IMG/VR virus record: IMGVR_UViG_3300009182_000050
Location: 1 to 64,000 of that record
DNA: 64,000 nucleotides
Reading direction: 5' to 3' (one strand)
From: a virus
Shown here: piece after piece, positions 52,526 through 61,252 of the stretch
Numbering within the stretch: position 1 is the first letter of the stretch
How the letters are laid out: every line of letters begins with the position of its first letter
The notes under the pieces: generated by a model
Told to the model about the DNA's origin: nothing
Database searches by the model: none
What the model saw: only the letters and a program-made list of their open reading frames with translations
Program-made: the position numbers and the translations under genes

Positions 52526-52718
52526 GGACGACACGCGGTTTTCTAGATGGATTTGACATTGGAATAATAAGTCGCTAATGTCTGTTATGTAAGACAAAAT
52601 AACTGAATAAAGATTCTCTAGCAGATACGATTTGAAAATGTCATAGAGTGATGCTAGAGTGTGAATACTTCATTAGAAGGTCTACTGAAGTAAGACACCT
52701 ACAAAGGGGTGATGCGGT

Positions 52719-53060
52719 GTGAGTACCGCAACTGTAAGCAAGACCAAGACCACGACAGCAGTCGTCTTGGAGTCCAATACCATTGCACTTGATGGTACGA
52801 ATCTCGCTGAGCTTATCGCTACGCTCAACGACACCAAAGATGCACTCAAGGTGCTAGAAGCACAAGAGAAGGCAACTCGCTCTGCAATTCTAGATTTGAT
52901 GCAGGGTGCTGAAGAAGCCACCATTGGTGGAGTCGTTCAGGTCAAGGCAGTAGAGCAGACTCGCTCTGGCATTGACAGCAAGATGCTCAAGGAAGTTTTC
53001 CCTGAAGCAGCCTCTGCTTGTGCGACCAGCACGACCTACACGACTCTGCGAGTCAAGTAA
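52719..53060 (+). CDS. Hypothetical coiled-coil protein
   Basis: Own promoter; DSKMLKEVFPE motif. Confidence 0.7.
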   Translation: MSTATVSKTKTTTAVVLESNTIALDGTNLAELIATLNDTKDALKVLEAQEKATRSAILDLMQGAEEATIGGVVQVKAVEQTRSGIDSKMLKEVFPEAASACATSTTYTTLRVK

Positions 53061-53190
53061 GTTCTCGTCAAGTCGGGGGGTGCGACACACCATCTCACTC
53101 CCCGATTTGACACCATTCTAGAAGTAATGTACCTTTAGAGATGTAAGACAGTAAGACACCAAAACGACACCTACACAAGGGAGAAATAAA

Positions 53191-53652
53191 GTGAGCACAG
53201 CATCACTCGTAGCACCGGCTACAAAAGAAGTTCAGGGTTGCGCGTTCTACGCGGAATTCACGAACGCTGCTGGTGACATCTATCAGATGTTCATCACGCC
53301 AGATGGTATCAACGAAGAGGGAGACTTCGTAGTCTCTCATGTATTCAAGCGTCGCTTGACTGCCGAAGCTCAGAAGAAGCAGTGGAGAACTACGGTTCTT
53401 TCAGCGATGCTGGTGGACGAAAATGGAATGAGCACAGAAGAACATCGCTTGACTCGTCTCAACAACATCAAAGACACATTGAATCGTCTCAACTTGCGTT
53501 TCACGCTCGTGGGTGAACCATTCTTTGTTGAAGTATCAAAAACAGACTTGAGTGAAATCGCTCAAGGTAAGACACCAATCAAAGTAATCTATCGAATTGG
53601 ACAGACTCGCAAAGGCTTAGGCTTTGACGAGATGTTCGCAGAAGCCAAGTAA
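53191..53652 (+). CDS. Hypothetical protein
   Basis: Promoter 53107, AAGGGAG SD. Confidence 0.7.
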   Translation: MSTASLVAPATKEVQGCAFYAEFTNAAGDIYQMFITPDGINEEGDFVVSHVFKRRLTAEAQKKQWRTTVLSAMLVDENGMSTEEHRLTRLNNIKDTLNRLNLRFTLVGEPFFVEVSKTDLSEIAQGKTPIKVIYRIGQTRKGLGFDEMFAEAK

Positions 53653-53666
53653 GGGAGAAAATCATA

Positions 53667-54713
53667 ATGGCTACTATCAAAGACACATACGCAATCATAG
53701 GCACGACTTTCGCATCTCGTCTTGACGAGTTTATGGCTCAATCAACTGTCGTTGATGCTGCACTTCGCATCAACTCAATGGTGACTCCACAGGGTCGCTA
53801 CACGAAGCGAGCACCACGCACCACGAAGCCAAAGAGCACGACACCAGCAGTTGATGTTGATGTAGTTTCTGCGACTTCTGTAATCGCAAGTGAAGATAAC
53901 ATCTTTACTCGTCCTAATGGCTCTGCCTATCACGCACGCAAGTGGGGTGAACATCAAGATGTCGCAACTCTTCGCAAAGCTCGTGAAGCAACTGCGATGG
54001 TGATGTCAGGTGTTGTAGGTTCGCCTATGTTCGCACTTCTCTATGGTGCGCCGGGAACTGGCAAGACTGCTCTCGTTGAGGGTGCGTTTGGTGAAGTCAA
54101 TCTTGTAATGGGAACTGGCGACACAGAAGTCTCTGACTTCATTGGTGGTTATGTTCAGACTCCATCAGGTGGCTTTGAGTGGATTGATGGTCCACTACTA
54201 AAGGCCGCAGAAAATGGTGAAGTTATCTTCATTGACGAGATTGGTCTCATTGACCCAAAGGTCTTGTCTGTTGTTTATGGAGCGATGGACGGTCGCAAGG
54301 AAATCGTAGTAACTGCGAATCCGGAGCGCGGAGCAGTCGCTATCAAAGAAGGTTTCTATGTTGTAGCAGCGACTAACCCTAACGCTCCCGGCGTTCGACT
54401 TTCGGAAGCATTACTATCTCGCTTTACTATTCAAGCAGAGATGGCAACTGACTGGTCACTTGCTCGCACTCTACATGTTCCAACTGCGATTGTGACTTGC
54501 GCTCAAAACTTGAGCAAGAAGCAAAGTTCAGGTGAAGTTAGTTGGTCTCCACAGATGCGTGAGTTGCTCGCGTTCCGCGACATCGCAGGTGTCTTTGGTA
54601 ACACATTCGCTGTATCAAACCTACTCGCCTCTGCACCAGAGATGGACCGACCTGTTGTGTCTGATGTCCTGTCTCGCGTGTTCGGTAGCGAGTGCAAGCC
54701 AGCGAGAATCTAA
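53667..54713 (+). CDS. MoxR/CbbQ/CobS-like AAA+ ATPase
   Basis: GAPGTGKT, DGPL, IDEI, ATNP and EALLSRF motifs. Confidence 0.9.
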   Translation: MATIKDTYAIIGTTFASRLDEFMAQSTVVDAALRINSMVTPQGRYTKRAPRTTKPKSTTPAVDVDVVSATSVIASEDNIFTRPNGSAYHARKWGEHQDVATLRKAREATAMVMSGVVGSPMFALLYGAPGTGKTALVEGAFGEVNLVMGTGDTEVSDFIGGYVQTPSGGFEWIDGPLLKAAENGEVIFIDEIGLIDPKVLSVVYGAMDGRKEIVVTANPERGAVAIKEGFYVVAATNPNAPGVRLSEALLSRFTIQAEMATDWSLARTLHVPTAIVTCAQNLSKKQSSGEVSWSPQMRELLAFRDIAGVFGNTFAVSNLLASAPEMDRPVVSDVLSRVFGSECKPARI

Positions 54714-54854
54714 CTCCCTTTAGGTTCTCGCTAGGGTGGGGTTGAGTCGCACTTGGTGTCGCGACTCCCCCACCCACCACTCAACTTGACACCATCATAG
54801 AACTACTGTAACTTTGGTCTTAGACACACAGACCCTTTTAGGGAAGGACAAGAA

Positions 54855-56633
54855 ATGGCACATCTAGACACAGCAACAACAGAGCAAGGAACTCGTCACA
54901 ATGAGTGGCTCACAGTTGGAGCACAGATTGGACAGCTCGTCAATGAGGCAGCAGGTCGCTACGACCTTGTAGGTCTTGCAGGACCTGTCGCCGGTAGTGG
55001 AGCACCAGCGTGTTTCAAGCCAGCGATTGCGGAAGTTGAAGTGAACACCACAGTCGCGTTCGGCGCAGGTACAACACCAGAGATGATTGGTGACATCAAC
55101 CTACGCGAAACTCAATACGAGTTTCCAAAAGCAACTGGAGCAATTCTTCACGAAGCTTTTCACGCAAGATTCTCTGCTTGGGAACTTGTAGATGCTCAAG
55201 CAGTTCTCAAAGCAGACGAGTACGAAGCACTCGTGCTACTTGAAGAGACTCGCATTGAGAAGCAGGGTCTTGACCTTGACTACAAGAATCGCGTGTTCTT
55301 GCGTGCATCAGCACTTGAGATTGCACTAGGTGACATTGAGGCCGCCAAAGAAGCAAGTAGTGTTTCACAACTTGCACAGTTGGTTGGTCTGATTCACGGA
55401 CGAGTGCTCGCCGGTATTCTTGAATTTGACGAAGTTGAAGAAGTCATAACATCTGTGAACTCCGCACTTGGTGAAGACATCGTTCGCCAACTCTCAACTA
55501 TCTTGCGTAAGTTTCAATCACACTACAACAATTCAGATTTGACTGATGTCTACCCACTAGCAATCGAATGGGCACGAATCGTTCGCGAAGCAAAAGAAGA
55601 GCGTGGCGAAACTGATGGTGGTTCAGGTTCAGGTGCAGGTGCTGGAGAGATTGCAGAGATTCTTGAGAAGTTAGCAGAAGCAGCTGATGGAGTTTCTATC
55701 AAGAACTATGGCGAACTTTGTGACCAGCAAGAAAGCGAAGAGTGGGAGCAAGAAGTCAAAGAGCGTGCATCAGCATCTAAAGAACAGCACGAGCACGCAA
55801 GCGAAGCAGCAGAAGTATTTGGTAAAGGTACAGGACCTGCACCAGAGTCTTCAACAACAAGTCACCTGATTGAAACTCGCAAGCCTACAAGTAGCGAGCG
55901 TTCGGCAGCAGTTGTGGTTGCTCGTATGCTTGAGAAAGCAAAGTATCGTGAGCGCGATGCGATTGAGATTACCAGCGTACTTCCTCCCGGTCGTCTTCGC
56001 ACAAAGGCTCTCGTCCAGCAAGCAGCACTTCGCGACAAGGGCATACACAAACCTGTTGAAGCTTTCCGCAAGACTGTACGCAAGCACACAGACGACCCAA
56101 CTCTTTCTGTTGGTGTCTTGGTAGACATCTCTGGCTCAATGAACTCTGCGATGAACCCAATGGCAGTTACAGCGTGGGTAATGAGCGAAGCAGTAAAGCG
56201 TGTTCAAGGTCGCGCATCTATGGTCTACTTTGGTCAAGATGTATTTCCAACTCTCAAAGCCGGACAAAGCCTTGATGATGTGAATGTGTATTCCGCGACA
56301 GATGGCACAGAGAAGTTTGACAAAGCGTTCAAGGCTCTTGATGGCTCTCTCAACCTGCTACACGGAAATGGAGCACGATTGCTAGTTGTCGTCTCTGATG
56401 GCTGCTTTACAGGTAAAGAAGTCAAAGCGACACGCAAGTGGATTGCTAGATGTGAGCAAGCCGGAGTTGCGGTATTGTGGATACCGTTCGATGGTGGCTA
56501 TCACGCACGGAAACTCTTGAGCGACTCAAAGGTGAAACCTTTAGTCGGAGTGAGTGACCCTGTTGAGGCCGCCACAGAAATCGGGCAAGCGTGCGCTAAG
56601 GCTCTTACTCAAGCAGGTGCTCGCAACTCATAA
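54855..56633 (+). CDS. VWA-domain protein with N-terminal HExxH motif (CobT-like partner)
   Basis: HEAFH, LEETRIE, DISGSM MIDAS and VSDG motifs. Confidence 0.88.
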   Translation: MAHLDTATTEQGTRHNEWLTVGAQIGQLVNEAAGRYDLVGLAGPVAGSGAPACFKPAIAEVEVNTTVAFGAGTTPEMIGDINLRETQYEFPKATGAILHEAFHARFSAWELVDAQAVLKADEYEALVLLEETRIEKQGLDLDYKNRVFLRASALEIALGDIEAAKEASSVSQLAQLVGLIHGRVLAGILEFDEVEEVITSVNSALGEDIVRQLSTILRKFQSHYNNSDLTDVYPLAIEWARIVREAKEERGETDGGSGSGAGAGEIAEILEKLAEAADGVSIKNYGELCDQQESEEWEQEVKERASASKEQHEHASEAAEVFGKGTGPAPESSTTSHLIETRKPTSSERSAAVVVARMLEKAKYRERDAIEITSVLPPGRLRTKALVQQAALRDKGIHKPVEAFRKTVRKHTDDPTLSVGVLVDISGSMNSAMNPMAVTAWVMSEAVKRVQGRASMVYFGQDVFPTLKAGQSLDDVNVYSATDGTEKFDKAFKALDGSLNLLHGNGARLLVVVSDGCFTGKEVKATRKWIARCEQAGVAVLWIPFDGGYHARKLLSDSKVKPLVGVSDPVEAATEIGQACAKALTQAGARNS

Positions 56634-56738
56634 CTGAATAACACAGACCCTTGTCGTCGGGTATCGTCCTTCCAGCGTGTGTCAGCCTTACGACAAGTTT
56701 TGGAAAAGCCTCTGCCAATCGGTGGGGGCTTTTTCTTT
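56631..56738 (+). ncRNA. Candidate antisense sRNA hairpin (3' UTR of the VWA gene) plus terminator
   Basis: Stem 56650-56657/56690-56697, large loop complementary to the RBS region 33265-33302; terminator 56704-56738. Confidence 0.5.
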
Positions 56739-56815
56739 GGTCGGCGTGTTGTGATTTGACAAGATGTCAGGGGGAGCGTGTATGATAGGTACATAACACC
56801 TACAAGGGAGAAATT

Positions 56816-57115
56816 ATGAAAAGACTTACAAAAGAATACGCAATCGTATTTGACGGCGACCGCTCAAACATTGTTCTATCGGACGGCGTGGAAGCGTATG
56901 TGACGGCGTACTTCTCGGAGCTGATTGACGATAGTCGCGCACGGTTGGTATCTTTTGACCGGAGCGAGATGACGGCGGTCTACTCATACGAACCAGCAGA
57001 CTGCTTGGCGTGCTGTGAGACCGATGAAGACAACGGCGAGGACATCTGTACGAAGCACCAAGAGACGGTAGAACTTGAGTACCGGTCCGTTGATGTATGG
57101 ACGGCGGTCTCATAA
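56816..57115 (+). CDS. Hypothetical protein
   Basis: Promoter 56756, AAGGGAG SD. Confidence 0.7.
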   Translation: MKRLTKEYAIVFDGDRSNIVLSDGVEAYVTAYFSELIDDSRARLVSFDRSEMTAVYSYEPADCLACCETDEDNGEDICTKHQETVELEYRSVDVWTAVS

Positions 57116-57119
57116 CGGG

Positions 57120-57720
57120 ACGGCTCTCGACTGGCGGTAAGAAGAGCAGGAAAAAAACTTGACGGCCAGCTTCTGAAGCAGTGGGGAAGTAAAACATAGG
57201 GCAACTGGTCCTACCGAATACGACCGGAAAATTGATTAGACGGCGAGAACCCAGACGAACGGTGTCTGGGTTTCTTTGTGTCCGGACCCAGATGACGGCG
57301 TGCTGTGTAGGAAAAAAACTTTGCGGCGTGCTTGTATGTAGCACTGAAGATGACGGAGTGCTAACGGGTGGGAAAAGATAAGTTCTAGATGCTGGGACTG
57401 AAGACCGGATTGCCGGGTAGTTACCGGGTAACTAGCTGCTCTAGCTGGTGGGGAAAAAATAATAAGCGGCTGAAGACTGGGTCGTCAGCTCCCAGGCGCA
57501 GCCGAAGAAAAGATAAGTTCCAGATGCTGATGACGCGCAGCTGGAAGATGGCCAAAAATTTTTTTCCCGTAGCTCGCAGCCGAAGCTTCGCCGCTTAGGA
57601 AAAGATAATTTCCCCGGTTCCCGGTTCCCAGGCAGCTCCGGATTTTCCAGCTGGTCAGGAAAAAAATTATGCGCCGCACAATCCAGATGCCAGCTGAGCT
57701 GACCAGGCCGATTTTTAATT
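57120..57720. repeat. Non-coding block of dispersed short motifs (GGA7, GAAAAGATAA, CAGCT, CCGG, ACGGC)
   Basis: 23-bp near-perfect repeat at 57372 and 57507; an A-tract motif every 40-80 bp. Confidence 0.6.
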
Positions 57721-57842
57721 TTATTTTGCGTTATCAAATTGTTATCAAAATAATCTCATTTGGATTTGCTTTTATCATAGAGGTACGCTATGTTTAGTTT
57801 TGTAAGTAAAACACTTACGACACCTAACAAGGGAGAAATGAA

Positions 57843-58196
57843 ATGGGTCAATACCATTCACTTGTCAATGTAGACAAGAAAGAAATTGTCAATCCACACC
57901 TACTAGGTATGGGCGCAAAGCAATACGAACACACAGGGTTCATTGGTTCACTATCTGATGTTCTCTACACGCTCGTCACAACATCACCTGCTCGTGGTGG
58001 TGGCGACTACCCATTTACAGAAATTGCTGGTCGCTGGGTAGGCGACAGAGTTCTTGTAGTTGGCGACTACACAGAGGCAACAGATTTTCCAGAGTTCCCC
58101 AATCTGGCTGCTGAAACTCATAGTAGCGAAAGCCCCTTCACAGACATCTCCGAGATGTGTAATAAGGCGATGGAAGCAGTTCGGGCAAAATACTAA
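57843..58196 (+). CDS. Hypothetical early protein (MGQYH...RWxGDR..VVGDY family)
   Basis: Promoter plus SD. Confidence 0.75.
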   Translation: MGQYHSLVNVDKKEIVNPHLLGMGAKQYEHTGFIGSLSDVLYTLVTTSPARGGGDYPFTEIAGRWVGDRVLVVGDYTEATDFPEFPNLAAETHSSESPFTDISEMCNKAMEAVRAKY

Positions 58197-58310
58197 TCAG
58201 GTCGGGGAAGCCTTGCGACACGCAGGGTTTCCCCCCGATTTGACAATGGAATAATAAGTCACTAATGTTTGTTATGTAAGATGAAGACACCAACAACAAG
58301 GGAGAAAAAC

Positions 58311-58724
58311 ATGTCAAAGACATTTGAGCAAGTTTGGGAAGATGTAAGAGCAGAGCTTGACGAAGCAAAGGGAATTGCTTTTGATGGTTGCCACAAGATT
58401 TACATTTTGATGGACCACGCACAGGTTCACGAGATGGCCGGCTATGGCTACGGAATTGACGACACACACCTAATCACAGAACAAAGTATGACCCCTGCGG
58501 AAATGCTGGTCACAATCAAGAAGTGGTACGAAGATTCTTGTGGTCTTGAGTTTGTCCAGTCAGTAGCAACTGTTGAGGGCGACCCTAACAAGGGGTTTGA
58601 CAACATAATCCCACAGGGATACAGAGAAGAGTTCTGCCAACTATGTGGCGAGTTCGGTGCTAACTACGATGGAACTTGTGACGAGTGCGCCGAAGAACAC
58701 GACCAAGACGAAGACGACGAATAA
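58311..58724 (+). CDS. Hypothetical early protein
   Basis: FDGCHKIY...SCGL.F; SD before ATG at 58311. Confidence 0.75.
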   Translation: MSKTFEQVWEDVRAELDEAKGIAFDGCHKIYILMDHAQVHEMAGYGYGIDDTHLITEQSMTPAEMLVTIKKWYEDSCGLEFVQSVATVEGDPNKGFDNIIPQGYREEFCQLCGEFGANYDGTCDECAEEHDQDEDDE

Positions 58725-58833
58725 ATTGTTCGGGGGTCGGCGACACGCTGACCCCCACTCAATTTGACAAGGAAACAATAAGTCAGTAATGTTTCTTATG
58801 TAAGACAAAATGACACAAACAAGGGAGAACAAA

Positions 58834-59088
58834 ATGTCAGACACAATCGTAAACAGCGACACACGAGCTACTGCTCGCTACACGCTGGTACAAGCAATCC
58901 TAGAAGCCGACAATCGGGAAATAATTCTAGGTGCGCTAACTCAACTTGGCTACGAGTACGCAGTCACAGTTCAGGTTCGAGCAGAACAAAACGACAAAGA
59001 AAGCGCGGTGCGCTGGGCGCACGCTGCCAACGAAATTGGCACAATCTTGGCTTGCGCTGCCTACAACCTAGAAGACGAAGGGAACTAA
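58834..59088 (+). CDS. Hypothetical early protein
   Basis: SD before ATG at 58834. Confidence 0.7.
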   Translation: MSDTIVNSDTRATARYTLVQAILEADNREIILGALTQLGYEYAVTVQVRAEQNDKESAVRWAHAANEIGTILACAAYNLEDEGN

Positions 59089-59092
59089 AGAA

Positions 59093-59365
59093 ATGACAAA
59101 TGACAATTTTGCGGAAGAAGACCTACGCGCTCTACCAGATACCGTGCCAGATTATGTGGCACAACTGTTTGACCTGTCCGAGCAGATGCTACGCGCTGAG
59201 ATGACAGGTTGGGCGGTAGAGGTGCGAGTAATCGCAAACTGCCTTGCTGAAGGCTTAGGGCTTTTTGAGTACGCAACTGACAATAATGCGGTGCTTGACT
59301 CCGTGTATGTCAATGGTGACTTGATTGACTATGACAAAAACGGTAATCCGTTGGAAGCAGACTAA
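59093..59365 (+). CDS. Hypothetical early protein
   Basis: AAGGGA SD. Confidence 0.65.
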   Translation: MTNDNFAEEDLRALPDTVPDYVAQLFDLSEQMLRAEMTGWAVEVRVIANCLAEGLGLFEYATDNNAVLDSVYVNGDLIDYDKNGNPLEAD

Positions 59366-59372
59366 GGGGATA

Positions 59373-59597
59373 ATGATGGAAAAAAATCTTCCAGAGCGCA
59401 TAAATGTGATGAAAGTTATTTCGTATGATGTTCAGAACATTATGGAAAGTATTGTTGCTATGAATAGCGACAGAGATTTTGACAGCATAACTTTAGAAGA
59501 AGTTATGGAACAGGTTGAGGCGTGGGTTCAAGAAGATTTCCCTGCCGACAGAATAAAGGATTTGATTATCCAAGACCAAGACGGAGAGGACATCTAA
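59373..59597 (+). CDS. Hypothetical early protein
   Basis: AAGGGGA SD. Confidence 0.65.
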   Translation: MMEKNLPERINVMKVISYDVQNIMESIVAMNSDRDFDSITLEEVMEQVEAWVQEDFPADRIKDLIIQDQDGEDI

Positions 59598-59833
59598 TGC
59601 CATACACAATCACAGCAGTAAGCGATGAAGGGCGAGTAGCTTTGGGAGGCCCGAAGAAGGGCGAACCGGTTGAGCATCGCTGGGAAAAAAACTTTGATAC
59701 CTTAGCCGAAGCGATTGAGGAATACGGCAAGTTCGTAGACCACGGTTTCGCTGCTTGGGAACGAGTCATAAGCATCATTGACACGCACGGCGAGGTTCTT
59801 GCCAGCAAGACGCTCGTAACACCGACAGATTGA
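59597..59833 (+). CDS. Hypothetical early protein
   Basis: GAGGA SD, TAATG overlap. Confidence 0.65.
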   Translation: MPYTITAVSDEGRVALGGPKKGEPVEHRWEKNFDTLAEAIEEYGKFVDHGFAAWERVISIIDTHGEVLASKTLVTPTD

Positions 59834-59839
59834 TGCGGT

Positions 59840-60253
59840 ATGGCTACGCTACTGATTTCGTGGAACAAACATAATGAGCCGGTGACGGAGGCTACTGATG
59901 CTGCTTTCTATCGCGTCTACGGACACGACTTGGTAGGCACGGTCTTCTTGGACGGTGTGGAGTACGCGCACATTTATTGTGACGGCGAGATGCGGTTGTA
60001 TCCAGCAGAAGACAATCCAGAACAGCAAGTGCTACGCGATTGTCTTGACCTAGCTGATGTTGGGATTTTGACTGACAAGCAACTCTTTGATGCGGTGGAA
60101 AAAAATTTATGGACCTGGGACATGAACCCCTGGTTTGATTTCTATTTAGCTGACGGAACGCATCTGGACATTGTGTGCGACACCATTGACGAGGCGGTTT
60201 CGGTCGCAGAGTTTATGGCAAATCAAGACGGCTCGGAAGAGGAAGAAATTTGA
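59840..60253 (+). CDS. Hypothetical early protein
   Basis: CDGEMR...NPWF motifs. Confidence 0.65.
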   Translation: MATLLISWNKHNEPVTEATDAAFYRVYGHDLVGTVFLDGVEYAHIYCDGEMRLYPAEDNPEQQVLRDCLDLADVGILTDKQLFDAVEKNLWTWDMNPWFDFYLADGTHLDIVCDTIDEAVSVAEFMANQDGSEEEEI

Positions 60254-60323
60254 TAACGAAATTGTTATCAAAATAATCTAGTTTCGGGTTGCGTCTGTCA
60301 TAGATGTATGCTAGATTATTTCT

Positions 60324-60428
60324 TGTAAGGTGGTGAGAGTCACTCTCTAAGCTAGGCGGAGCAAGTGCCGAACAGATACCTGCTAAGACAGAGGTCAGAC
60401 TTCCGAAGTCCACCGCGGCCACCTTACA
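60324..60428 (+). ncRNA. Candidate structured 5'-leader RNA
   Basis: 11-bp closing stem with internal hairpins, directly after promoter 60289-60317. Confidence 0.5.
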
Positions 60429-60450
60429 CTTACAACAAAGGGAGAAATAC

Positions 60451-60927
60451 ATGCACATTGGACACATCTTGTTAGTTGAGGCAGAGAGCCTTGACGAAGC
60501 AAAAGCAGAGGTGAACCACCGGCTAGACGAAGGATACTTTCGCTGGTCAGACTGGTCAGAAATCGGCGGTCGCTACATTGACTTTTATGTAGACGGCGAC
60601 TCGCTACGGTACTCAGATAATCCTGAAAAGGCAGAGCAAGCGATTGCGACAGCCGAAGGTTTCCGTGAGGAGTGCTTAGAGCGTTACATTGACAGATGCG
60701 TAAAGGCTGGCATCACCATTGAGGGGCTTGATGTACCGAAGGATACAAAACAATCGTTTGATGTGTACCCGCTTTACAAGGCGGCACAGATTGCGACAGG
60801 GCTGAACTGCGAAGAAACTTATGTCTACGACATAACTTACTCAAGTCAAGAACTTGACGACTTCCGCAAGCGAGTTGCGGATAATCCAGAGAACCAATAC
60901 CTAATCGTGGTGGACTTTCACCACTAA
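60451..60927 (+). CDS. Hypothetical early protein (WSDW..IGGR...VVDFH family)
   Basis: AAGGGAG SD. Confidence 0.75.
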   Translation: MHIGHILLVEAESLDEAKAEVNHRLDEGYFRWSDWSEIGGRYIDFYVDGDSLRYSDNPEKAEQAIATAEGFREECLERYIDRCVKAGITIEGLDVPKDTKQSFDVYPLYKAAQIATGLNCEETYVYDITYSSQELDDFRKRVADNPENQYLIVVDFHH

Positions 60928-61036
60928 AACTCCCAGCGAATTGGGGTCGGGCATCAGCTCGGCCCCTTTTTGTTTGCGCCGGTCAGCTGGCTGCTGGTAT
61001 GATGATGCTAGGAAAAAAATTATGGAGGTGTATCTC

Positions 61037-61192
61037 GTGCCGAAGAAGAAGAAGCCGCTTGACAAACTTGTCCGGTCGCGGGGAAACTATGTTCTCAACC
61101 AAAAATCATTTGTGTTTCTGGACCGGAGGACACGGAGAAATCGTGATAAAAGTTCCCAGCAGCGACACGCAATAAAAGAAAGTTCTGAATAA
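61037..61192 (+). CDS. Small basic protein
   Basis: GGAGG SD, GTG start. Confidence 0.55.
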   Translation: MPKKKKPLDKLVRSRGNYVLNQKSFVFLDRRTRRNRDKSSQQRHAIKESSE

Positions 61193-61252
61193 TTAGGTAT
61201 TTGTCATAGACCTATGCTAAAGTATCTACATAAGGGAAAAAGGAGAAACCCC

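Noticed and set aside
57389-57737. Short ORFs on both strands in the motif block
   Set aside because: They have no SD or promoter, unlike neighbouring early genes, and their composition is explained by the DNA motifs.
60324-60428. Twister or hammerhead ribozyme call
   Set aside because: It lacks the CUGAUGA/GAAA hammerhead core and the twister GA-NNN-G strand; kept as an unassigned structure.
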